Part shown: positions 19,657-27,501 of the stretch, piece after piece
Numbering within the stretch: position 1 is the first letter of the stretch
Layout of the letters: the number at the start of each line of letters is the position of its first letter
Origin: a virus
Taxonomy: Duplodnaviria; Caudoviricetes
Virus record (IMG/VR): IMGVR_UViG_3300005077_000038
Span: 1 to 42,783 of that record
DNA: 42,783 nt
Direction: 5' to 3' (one strand)
Made by a program: the position numbers and the translations under genes
Notes under the pieces: model-generated
The model's database searches: none
The model's input: the letters and a program-made list of their open reading frames with translations, nothing else
Told to the model about the DNA's origin: nothing

Positions 19657-20144
19657 TTTTTGTCAACTTTTGATGTTATGGATTTTCTTAGCTGGGCCGT
19701 GTCAATCAATGGTGAATCTTTCCCTTTTTTTCTTAAAATAGTTTTCGGTCTATTTTCTTTCCAATTCCCAAACCCTCTGGTCTCAAACGCATCTTGCACA
19801 ACAGCCTCACCCGCTATCCCGAGTTTCGTATATGCCTGCTTCCACGCTGTTTCCGGAGATTCTCCCTTTAAAATCTTTTGAATAACCTCGCTATAAAACT
19901 GTTTTTTCTTTAAAAAAATCTCTTTATGCTTCAACGTCAACGGCATTTCAAGGAACGAACGCCGTGGGATTTTTTGGCTGTAGCTTCCCTTTTCATGGAC
20001 AAGACCGATATCGGCGTTTGACATTTCATCTTTTCGACTTGCTTTTCTTCCAAGAACGCCAACCTTTGTCACATATCCGGCTCCAAGTCCAGCAAGAAGC
20101 CTCTTTGCCGGTTCGTTATTTATTTTCAAAGAACGACCGCTCAC
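19653..20144 (-). CDS. neck/tail completion protein (virion morphogenesis family)
   Basis: VHEKGS...IPRRSFL and KKGKDSPLIDTAQLRKSIT motifs. Confidence 0.75.
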   Translation of the reverse strand: MSGRSLKINNEPAKRLLAGLGAGYVTKVGVLGRKASRKDEMSNADIGLVHEKGSYSQKIPRRSFLEMPLTLKHKEIFLKKKQFYSEVIQKILKGESPETAWKQAYTKLGIAGEAVVQDAFETRGFGNWKENRPKTILRKKGKDSPLIDTAQLRKSITSKVDKK

Positions 20145-20578
20145 GGGGTCGTCGCTCCGCTTACAGTTTGAATATTCCCAATCAATCTCGGAATCAGTAG
20201 CGACAAATATTTCATCCCATATCCGTTTTGTGTGAACGACGACAAGAACGGATCTTTTGAATACCGATCCGGGATTGAATACGAGACAGAAACGCCTCCG
20301 GCTGATTTTGAATTAATTGGGAAGTTCGCCTGGCTTGTTATTCCCTTCATCCCGATTTGAAGATCGCACACCAGATAAAACGCTGATAACCACATAAACG
20401 CTATGGCAGCGCCGTCCGGGAACAGCGCGTCATTGAAATTAATCTGGGCCTGAGCATACGCCCTGGAAATATCAGCATCCATCACATAGTCCTGATTGTC
20501 AGCGTCTCCCGCGGGAGCATAGTTGAAATCTCTAACGAAATATGATTTGAACGCTGATATTTCCGGTATCGTATACAT
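20141..20578 (-). CDS. head-tail adaptor (DUF4054-like)
   Basis: SKSAGGVSVSY...QNGYGMKYL motif; position after the capsid gene. Confidence 0.75.
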   Translation of the reverse strand: MYTIPEISAFKSYFVRDFNYAPAGDADNQDYVMDADISRAYAQAQINFNDALFPDGAAIAFMWLSAFYLVCDLQIGMKGITSQANFPINSKSAGGVSVSYSIPDRYSKDPFLSSFTQNGYGMKYLSLLIPRLIGNIQTVSGATTP

Positions 20579-20580
20579 TA

Positions 20581-20850
20581 TCAGATAGCCTCATTTTCTC
20601 CGAAATCTACCGGTGCTTCCGGTTGGATTTCAGGATCTGATGTCTTTCGCCCTCGTGATTTTTTAGGAACCTCAACCACGTCGTCTCCGACTTTGGCTGT
20701 GTTTTCTCCGATAATGAAAACTTCACCATCGAACAGTTTCACGAGATTTTCAGCCTCATCCTTCGGAATTGATACATGATCTTTCGGCTTGATCGTCATC
20801 GTTTTTAAAACGATTTCGCGTTCGCCTTTATTGAATACCATTACATTCAT
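20581..20850 (-). CDS. hypothetical protein after major capsid
   Basis: 89 aa, GGAG RBS, low-complexity C-terminus (KKSRGRK). Confidence 0.7.
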   Translation of the reverse strand: MNVMVFNKGEREIVLKTMTIKPKDHVSIPKDEAENLVKLFDGEVFIIGENTAKVGDDVVEVPKKSRGRKTSDPEIQPEAPVDFGENEAI

Positions 20851-20874
20851 AACTCATCTCCATCGGTTTATGGT

Positions 20875-21909
20875 TTAAGCTGCCCAATCGAAATACAGAA
20901 CCTCTTTCGGTCGGTATGCTTTCGTCCCGGTAAACTGGCCATATCCAACATTGTTGAACTGGAAACTGTTAACCGTGTTTGCCATTGTCGCTGTGTAATC
21001 GACGGGGATATCCATTCTCACGGTGTCCTCATCATAGTTCAGCAACACGTAGCGATTTTTTCCGAGAGCCGCCACGGAACCGACGTTATTTACCTGGTCC
21101 GCGTATGACAACGGCAAGATTTTGAAATTCGGATTCTGCGTCAATGTTTTGAACGATTCCTCCAACAACGCCAACTTGGTCTTGAGCGGATATGTTGAAT
21201 CCGGGAACGATGCCATGCCGTTAAAGTCGATCTCAGGAATAATGAAGTGAGTCGGTTTTGCGGTGTAATTGCAATTTTCGCGATACGCCTGAAAAACGCC
21301 AGCCACAAACGTATTAAACTCAGCTGCCGTCATTCCTTTGATGTATTCTGTGATCAGAGCGGTGTTGCTTGTGACATCAGACTGAGTCAGCAACCCTTTA
21401 ACGCTTGCATCATTGGCGGACCCCAGAAACGCGATCTTCTGAATCCCGAGATCCCAGTTTTTCTTTCTGGATTTCTCCTTGGCTGTGATCAGGTCCCAGT
21501 TCCCGGCCTTGAGTGCCTGCTGGATGTCAAAAAGCGTCCATCCGATAGACTTGGCCCAATTGATGACCTTGACAGGAACGCTGTCAACGCCAGCGTCCGC
21601 ATCAGCCAATCGACCGTTTGAAACACCGGTGTTAATAACGCCGGTCTCAAAATCATCAGCAACAGTAAAACTTCTGTATGTGATGAGCTGTGAGGACCAC
21701 GATCCCTCTCCGACCTTAACCGGCAAATATTCAGCCGGGGCAATCTCAAAAAACTTCTGTTCAACAACGCGTTTGATGATCGTTGTCAGCGTTGTAACGT
21801 CGATTTCATAACCCAGCGAGTTAATGATTTGCTGGTTGTACATCGCCGCCTTTTGTTCAGCCGCGTTTAACAGGACCGGCTCACCGTTTGAATTTAGAAT
21901 CTTAGGCAT
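20875..21909 (-). CDS. major capsid protein (HK97 fold, DUF2184-like)
   Basis: 344 aa; QKIAFLGS...VKGLLT motif; position after protease and decoration genes. Confidence 0.85.
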   Translation of the reverse strand: MPKILNSNGEPVLLNAAEQKAAMYNQQIINSLGYEIDVTTLTTIIKRVVEQKFFEIAPAEYLPVKVGEGSWSSQLITYRSFTVADDFETGVINTGVSNGRLADADAGVDSVPVKVINWAKSIGWTLFDIQQALKAGNWDLITAKEKSRKKNWDLGIQKIAFLGSANDASVKGLLTQSDVTSNTALITEYIKGMTAAEFNTFVAGVFQAYRENCNYTAKPTHFIIPEIDFNGMASFPDSTYPLKTKLALLEESFKTLTQNPNFKILPLSYADQVNNVGSVAALGKNRYVLLNYDEDTVRMDIPVDYTATMANTVNSFQFNNVGYGQFTGTKAYRPKEVLYFDWAA

Positions 21910-21941
21910 CTCTATATCTCCCTTTTGAGTTATTTAACTGT

Positions 21942-22694
21942 TTATGCCACTGTTGCTGTCGGAGTACCGACGTTTGACCAGCTCCCATTTAAAAACACAA
22001 GCTCAGCGCTATCCCCGACATCATCAAACCTCAATGTCGTTCCGTTGAGATAATTCGCTGGAGTCAGTGTTCCGGCCCCGCCATCAACAACCATGACGAT
22101 TGTCAGCCTCTGGCCTTCAATACCATCAGCCAGCGTCAACGCCTCTGCTCCGCCTGTCGTCAAATAAATATTTCTTGCCGTCAACGGTAATGCGCCTGCT
22201 CCGTCGTCATAATCGAAAACGGATTGAGCGTAAACAGCATCCGAACTTACAGGAACGGTGATTAAAACACGGACTAAATCACCAGATGCCGCCGCTTTAT
22301 CAAGCGCGATACCGGTCGTCGGATTCACTCCGGCTGCTGTAATAACTGTCACTTCCGAAACGTCAGCCTCAACAACGGCCCCGCGAGCGATTGCCGCACC
22401 AGCTTCCATATACATAACCGACCCGGCCAATGCAATTTCACAGGCGTCGCCAGCGACATAAGACGCGTCTTTTGGGTTTCGGACGATATATCCGAAAATC
22501 CCGTCTGTATCAGCAGTCGCCAGCAGGACTTTAGGAACGCCACCGGCTACGTCGGCCATTTTTACCGGGGATCCCGGAACCAGCGTTGCTGTTTCTGTTG
22601 ACGCGATATACGCCGAAATAATCGACGGGTTAATGGCAAGGTCAATTTTTCCAACCTCAACCGACATCACTCTTTGATTTGAATATTGTGTCAT
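21942..22694 (-). CDS. capsid cement/decoration protein with C-terminal extra domain
   Basis: Ala/Gly/Val-rich, GIALDKAAASGDLVRVLI; between protease and capsid genes. Confidence 0.7.
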   Translation of the reverse strand: MTQYSNQRVMSVEVGKIDLAINPSIISAYIASTETATLVPGSPVKMADVAGGVPKVLLATADTDGIFGYIVRNPKDASYVAGDACEIALAGSVMYMEAGAAIARGAVVEADVSEVTVITAAGVNPTTGIALDKAAASGDLVRVLITVPVSSDAVYAQSVFDYDDGAGALPLTARNIYLTTGGAEALTLADGIEGQRLTIVMVVDGGAGTLTPANYLNGTTLRFDDVGDSAELVFLNGSWSNVGTPTATVA

Positions 22695-22732
22695 CTCATT
22701 GTCTCCTGGTTATTTTTTTTGTGAATTAATAT

Positions 22733-23872
22733 TTACTTCCCATACCGCTCTTGCCCGCGCTTGATCTGATCAAACGACGTTTCAACAATGGCGTCACCCA
22801 CGTTGTTATGGGCGTTCTGGAGCTGTTTCAGTTTCTCTGCCGCGTTCTTTTTTTCCTCTTCCTCTTTCTTCTTGGCCTCTTCTTCTTCGTTCTTTTTGTT
22901 GGCCTCTTCCTCGTCATCTTCGTTCTTTTTGGCAGATTTCAAATACCGGTTGACGAGTTCTTTGATCGGCATTTTTTCCTCGCCGACTTCGATTTCGGTT
23001 TCCATGTTCACTTTCTGATCGTCGTCATCTTCGCCCTCGTTCTTTTTGGCGTTCTGGACTGTCTCGATCATTTCTTTCAGAGAAACCTCTTTCCCGTTCT
23101 CAAGCTGGATCATCGCGTTTTCATCAATGTCCTTCTCAACAGGAACCTTCTTGAATAACTTGAACATAATCTTCCCCTTTTTTTCGTTTTGCAGTTCTGC
23201 TGTTTTGGTTTTTTTGTATTCTTCAAATTGTTCCGGTGTCATGATCTTGGCATCTTCATAACGAGGATTTGGAACAATAGCAAGGTGAGTGTATTTCCCG
23301 TTCAGGATTTTTCTGTTGTATGGAACATTATGGCACTCTCCGCCCGATCCGGATTCCGTAGGAACGTATGCGTTTGAAACGCTCCATCCTTTGGCGATGG
23401 CTTTATGACACTCATCGGAAATTGCAATAAATTTCGCCCAGTGCCATCCGTCTAATTCCAAATAAAACGATTCGACAACATAACCGTCTGATTCCTGCTC
23501 AAGTTTTGAAACGTCAACAGAATCGACATGAAAAACCCTGACCGGAACCCCGGACATGGTTTTATCCATTTTATGGAGGGCCTCGTCATCAATAAAAATC
23601 GTTTCATTTTCATACCCGGTTATTCCCTTCTCAATATGTCGGCAATAATAAATTTTAGGCATCTGGCTGGCGTTTTGCTTTTCCATTTTTTCGAGCTTGT
23701 CGTAATAGTCGGGCATTTCAAAGAGATGGTCCATAGCTATTTTTTTAGGAGTCTCTTCGTATTCGGGGTCGGTGACGTGTTCCTTCTCAACCTCAATTCC
23801 TTTGATGAGCTGTTTTTCAATATCCTCAACGGAAACTCCATGCTTTGCGGCGATCTCTTCGATAGTTAACAT
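22733..23872 (-). CDS. prohead protease/scaffold (DUF2213-like) with N-terminal DUF5661-like domain
   Basis: YTHLAIVPNPRYEDAKI protease-type motif; charged C-terminal scaffold; N-terminal GIEVEKEH...IAMDHL.E.PDYY.KL; ATG 23872 with GGAG. Confidence 0.8.
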   Translation of the reverse strand: MLTIEEIAAKHGVSVEDIEKQLIKGIEVEKEHVTDPEYEETPKKIAMDHLFEMPDYYDKLEKMEKQNASQMPKIYYCRHIEKGITGYENETIFIDDEALHKMDKTMSGVPVRVFHVDSVDVSKLEQESDGYVVESFYLELDGWHWAKFIAISDECHKAIAKGWSVSNAYVPTESGSGGECHNVPYNRKILNGKYTHLAIVPNPRYEDAKIMTPEQFEEYKKTKTAELQNEKKGKIMFKLFKKVPVEKDIDENAMIQLENGKEVSLKEMIETVQNAKKNEGEDDDDQKVNMETEIEVGEEKMPIKELVNRYLKSAKKNEDDEEEANKKNEEEEAKKKEEEEKKNAAEKLKQLQNAHNNVGDAIVETSFDQIKRGQERYGK

Positions 23873-23886
23873 TTTTATCTCCAAAT

Positions 23887-23929
23887 AAAAAAGCCCGACC
23901 TTACGATATTTCTATCATTAAAGTCGGGC
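23887..23929 (-). terminator. intrinsic terminator-like hairpin upstream of the protease gene
   Basis: Minus strand GCCCGACTTTAATGATA-GAAA-TATCGTAAGGTCGGGC followed by TTTTTTATTT. Confidence 0.7.
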
Positions 23930-23969
23930 AGGATTCTTTATCCTTGTCCCCATATTTTAAATGTCTTTA

Positions 23970-24104
23970 CTACCTCTGCTGCGGCGGCGCGATGCTTTCA
24001 GTCTTTGTAACATTTCCGATTCCGCCACGGAAAAAATTGATTTGGATATTGCCAGTGAATCCTTCCTTTATAGCACGACTGATTATATCCACAATCCATT
24101 GCAT
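23970..24104 (-). CDS. 44-aa protein resembling YezD/DUF2292-like small proteins
   Basis: MQWIVDIISRAIKEGFTGNIQINFFRGGIGNVTKTESIAPPQQR; AAGG upstream. Confidence 0.5.
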   Translation of the reverse strand: MQWIVDIISRAIKEGFTGNIQINFFRGGIGNVTKTESIAPPQQR

Positions 24105-24111
24105 TTTACAA
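24082..24111 (-). promoter_or_regulatory. candidate sigma70 promoter facing the head genes
   Basis: TTGTAA-N18-TATAAT on the minus strand. Confidence 0.4.
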
Positions 24112-24127
24112 GCCTTTTTTTTATTTT

Positions 24128-26047
24128 TTATATAATTGGTATTGAAACACATCGGCAATTATGTATAATAATTCCATTAGAACAATACCAATTATTAATC
24201 GTTTCAAGGTTATAAACATGCCCAGAAAAATTCTCCGTACTCACTTGGATCACGCGATCGAGCTTCTTGACTCCGGGATGTCTCTTAATAAAGCTTCCCA
24301 GATTGTCGGATTTACAGCTGATAATCTTTCTAAACATCTCAGATCCATTGGCACAAATACCGATAGACGGAAAGGAAGACGACCGCATAATTTCCTTACT
24401 TTTGATCCTTATCCTATTATATCTGCTTATGTCTCTGGAGAAAGCGAGTTGTCTATTTCCAAAAGAACAGGCATTGAAAGAATTGTTATCCGCCGTCGGC
24501 TGCTCGATGCTGGTGTTAAAATAAGAAGCGGGTCTGAGGCCAACATCATTCGTTTTAAAAACTCCACAAAAGAAGAGCTTCAAAAAATAACTGAGGCTGC
24601 CAGAGCATCTCATAAAAGGAAAAATTTCCATCCGGAATATAGCAAAGAATATATTAAAACATTTCTTACTAAATGCTCTCAATCTAGATGTAAAAGAATT
24701 GGGAGAGGCGAAAAAGCAGTCCTTGAAGCGATGAAAAAATATAAACTCCCCTGCGATTCTCAGACTCCTTGCGGTATTTATAATATTGACTTGACCGTCA
24801 ACGGAACCATCGCCGTGGAAATCTTCTCGTGTGGAATGAGCGGTCAACATCGTAAAATTATGGCGGAGAGAATTAAATATCTTTCCGATCATGGGTTTAC
24901 TGTCATCTATTTCATTTCCAAAAGGATTAATCAGATCATCTTCCAACTTGATGATATAGTCTCCATCATCAAGCGAACCAATAGCCTTCCACCCTGTAAG
25001 CGTAAACACTTGATGATTAGGTGTAGCTCTGAGCGTTTTACCAGAATCCGTAATGATAGTGGTCAATTCTCCTGCATACCAACGACGGAACGCTTTTTTT
25101 ATTCCATAGGCGAAATCAATATTTGAATCTTCTGGTAAACAATTAAAATCCTCCCCTGGGTGCGCTCGCCTTCCAGTTTCCTCATCGACGATCGGCGGGT
25201 TGTCCCACGAGAAAATCCTCCCATTTAATTTCCGGTGCCGGTCCCTGACCCTTGAATCCTGTGATGAACTCCATCGGTATTTTTGAATTCCTGCACTTTT
25301 ATATCGTTCCTCACGATATTTACTGACCATCAAAGATGTTTCCTGCCTTGCCAGAAATTCAGCTTTTTTTCGGGTTACGTCGTATTCCGACATCAAAACT
25401 TTTTGGAGTTTATCAGCCCGCATACCGGAATAAACGTTTTTCTGGACTTTTTCCCGCAACCGCTCAACAGCCTTTTCAGTCCAGTCCTTAATGCTCAAGT
25501 TCATGTTTGTGTTATAAGACTCGATCAGGTTTTCTTTTATTCCTTTGGTGATCGTGGCTTTTATTCCAATCTCTCCCGGAACGGCTTTGATAAACTGATC
25601 GTCAACGTCCGCGGCGATTTTGTCCAGTTCTTTAGAGAGATCCATTTGATATGTTAGAGACTGGGTGTTTTTTTCTGTCTGGTCTAGAATATCAAACACG
25701 CCTTTCTTGACAGACTCTGCCTTGATCTCGCCCTGGGCGACCGAAGCCATAATATCCTGAGGAATCTTTCCTGGCGTGAGTTTATACCCCTTCACAACCT
25801 TGTTGTATTTACCGCCAATCTTAACAATTTCAGACGATATTTTTGCGCTGAACTTCCCGACAAAATAGCCATCAACGTATCTGACCTGGCCTTCGGACAG
25901 TGCTTCATTTAGTGCCGTTGTCTTGGCGTTCTTTATCTCAACGCTCAAGAAATCAAACAGGTCTTTGAATATCAGAGTATAAAAATAATATTCAAGACGT
26001 TCTCGGATGGCCTTTACATATTCGTCTTTGAATCGGATCGGTTTCAT
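24128..26047 (-). CDS. head morphogenesis protein (Mu gpF/SPP1 gp7 family) containing an intein; 311 aa after splicing
   Basis: LARQET, YRWSSSQDSRVRDRHRKLNGRIFSW, HPGEDFN|CRC rejoined by removing aa 303-630. Confidence 0.9.
   Translation of the reverse strand: MKPIRFKDEYVKAIRERLEYYFYTLIFKDLFDFLSVEIKNAKTTALNEALSEGQVRYVDGYFVGKFSAKISSEIVKIGGKYNKVVKGYKLTPGKIPQDIMASVAQGEIKAESVKKGVFDILDQTEKNTQSLTYQMDLSKELDKIAADVDDQFIKAVPGEIGIKATITKGIKENLIESYNTNMNLSIKDWTEKAVERLREKVQKNVYSGMRADKLQKVLMSEYDVTRKKAEFLARQETSLMVSKYREERYKSAGIQKYRWSSSQDSRVRDRHRKLNGRIFSWDNPPIVDEETGRRAHPGEDFNCLPEDSNIDFAYGIKKAFRRWYAGELTTIITDSGKTLRATPNHQVFTLTGWKAIGSLDDGDYIIKLEDDLINPFGNEIDDSKPMIGKIFNSLRHNFTMLTAHSTREDFHGDGSVDGQVNIINTARSLRIAGEFIFFHRFKDCFFASPNSFTSRLRAFSKKCFNIFFAIFRMEIFPFMRCSGSLSYFLKLFFCGVFKTNDVGLRPASYFNTSIEQPTADNNSFNACSFGNRQLAFSRDISRYNRIRIKSKEIMRSSSFPSIGICANGSEMFRKIISCKSDNLGSFIKRHPGVKKLDRVIQVSTENFSGHVYNLETINNWYCSNGIIIHNCRCVSIPII
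24142..24169 (+). promoter_or_regulatory. candidate sigma70 promoter for the antisense endonuclease
   Basis: TTGAAA(24142-47)-N16-TATAAT(24164-69), about 50 nt before ATG 24218. Confidence 0.55.
24158..25141 (-). mobile_element. intein in gpF (328 aa)
   Basis: C1 CLPEDS; block B LRATPNHQVFT; block F FSGHVYNLET; block G IIHN followed by extein Cys. Confidence 0.93.
24218..25126 (+). CDS. HTH + Vsr/DUF559-like putative homing endonuclease, antisense within the gpF intein
   Basis: HTH-like segments (LDSGMSLNKASQIVG; AYVSGESELSISKRTGIERIVIRRRL) and GEKAV...Q..CGIYNIDL....IAVEI...YLSDHGFTVIY; AAGGT RBS at 24206. Confidence 0.78.
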   Translation: MPRKILRTHLDHAIELLDSGMSLNKASQIVGFTADNLSKHLRSIGTNTDRRKGRRPHNFLTFDPYPIISAYVSGESELSISKRTGIERIVIRRRLLDAGVKIRSGSEANIIRFKNSTKEELQKITEAARASHKRKNFHPEYSKEYIKTFLTKCSQSRCKRIGRGEKAVLEAMKKYKLPCDSQTPCGIYNIDLTVNGTIAVEIFSCGMSGQHRKIMAERIKYLSDHGFTVIYFISKRINQIIFQLDDIVSIIKRTNSLPPCKRKHLMIRCSSERFTRIRNDSGQFSCIPTTERFFYSIGEINI

Positions 26048-27432
26048 TCTGTCGGTTTTGTTGTTTGAAAATCAGCGGGAGGCTGAGGAGGGACAGCCTC
26101 CCGGGTTCCGGCCATTACCTCTGTTTCGATGTCGAGCAAATCGTGTTTCTTTAACAGATCTGAATATTCTTTGTCCGTAAACAGTCCTTGAGAATACATA
26201 ACGGAAAATCTGTCAAACTTCTTATTCTTAACCTCTTCCTCGTCAGTTTCGGACAGGACCCTCAACGGTTTGAAATCAACAGTAATATCATCCGGGGAAA
26301 TTCCGAACAGGTGCTGACAAATAATCTGAACGGTTTTAACAATGATCGGTTCAGCCTTTGAGCGCACCTCACCATCAATCATTGAGTTATAATTCTCGAT
26401 ATCGTCCTCACCTGAGTTGAACCCAGAAGCTGATATTCCAAACAATTTTGTCATCGGAAACTTGAAATCGCTGGCAACGCCCATCCTGATCTGGGTCAGC
26501 ATTTCTCCCAGACCAGAGAACGCCATCTGTTTCTGGACATAATCGTCAGTTGTATCCATAACCAGAGCGCTCAACATATTCTTGAGCTGGTTTGAGAGCT
26601 GGACGCGGTTCTGGACGCTTGTGGTTCCGGCTGCGGTCCCCATGCTTGAGTTAAATCCTTCGATCTTGTAAACGTCAATTTTCGCCTCATCCAGCAATTC
26701 AAAAATAACCTCATGGTTTTTGAGATACGCATTAAACGACCGGATCAAACGTTCAACCTCACTCATCCCCCACCCGCGTAGAAGAGGACGGATAAACGAT
26801 GGTGCCTCTTTGCCTTTGAGCAATAACACGCGCGATGAGTGGACGCGGTGGTTGTAATAATTAAATTCGCTATCGCCATCATCCGGGTAGGGAGTAACGT
26901 CCTGATACGCTCCGGCTGTATTCTGTTTGTTGTAAAACAGCTCCCACATATCAACGGCGCGCAAGCTGAACGGTTCGTCTTGCTTGAGACCGTTGAACGG
27001 TTTCTCGCTATCCTGTCCGGTCAGTATCATAACCCCTGCACCGCCATAGAGACGATTCCATTTAAACGCCTGACAGATGATCTGAACAATGTTTTTTGAT
27101 CGGATGTATTCGTGAAGCGTTTCTATTTCTTCTTCGTTGATCTGATCGGAGTTAATTGTAATCCCCCCGCGAAAACCATCATCAACCGGCTGGTCAATCA
27201 GTGTCTGGATCAGGCCATGCTCAACGTAGAGATGAGATAGGAGCTGGCGCATATTTGAGATCATATACCACCGGTTATTTTTAAACAGCGTGTCTGTTTG
27301 GCTCATCTGGGAACCGCCGAAGAAATCATATCCGAGATCGGTGACAAGGGATGAAAGGGAGTTGTTGATTTGTGGCTGTGGCGCGGACGGGGTGTCCGCA
27401 GTGAGTGACTTTTTATGTTTTTTCTTAGACAC
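26044..27432 (-). CDS. portal protein (DUF1073-like)
   Basis: WNRLYGGAG, GWGMSE, PMTKLFGISASGFNSGEDDIENY; between TerL and gpF. Confidence 0.9.
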   Translation of the reverse strand: MSKKKHKKSLTADTPSAPQPQINNSLSSLVTDLGYDFFGGSQMSQTDTLFKNNRWYMISNMRQLLSHLYVEHGLIQTLIDQPVDDGFRGGITINSDQINEEEIETLHEYIRSKNIVQIICQAFKWNRLYGGAGVMILTGQDSEKPFNGLKQDEPFSLRAVDMWELFYNKQNTAGAYQDVTPYPDDGDSEFNYYNHRVHSSRVLLLKGKEAPSFIRPLLRGWGMSEVERLIRSFNAYLKNHEVIFELLDEAKIDVYKIEGFNSSMGTAAGTTSVQNRVQLSNQLKNMLSALVMDTTDDYVQKQMAFSGLGEMLTQIRMGVASDFKFPMTKLFGISASGFNSGEDDIENYNSMIDGEVRSKAEPIIVKTVQIICQHLFGISPDDITVDFKPLRVLSETDEEEVKNKKFDRFSVMYSQGLFTDKEYSDLLKKHDLLDIETEVMAGTREAVPPQPPADFQTTKPTE

Positions 27433-27501
27433 GGTTTATGCCCCCCAAAGTATTTGTTTATTTAATTCAACCATCAATGTTGTGTTTTGTAAACATTTAT
27501 T

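Noticed and set aside
22751-23158. Phe/Leu-rich plus-strand ORFs that look like membrane proteins
   Set aside because: Reverse complement of the Lys/Glu-rich scaffold codons.
26044-27432. Possible anti-CBASS Acb1 call for this family
   Set aside because: Size, motifs and position between TerL and gpF indicate a portal; no HxT/HxS phosphoesterase pair was recognised.
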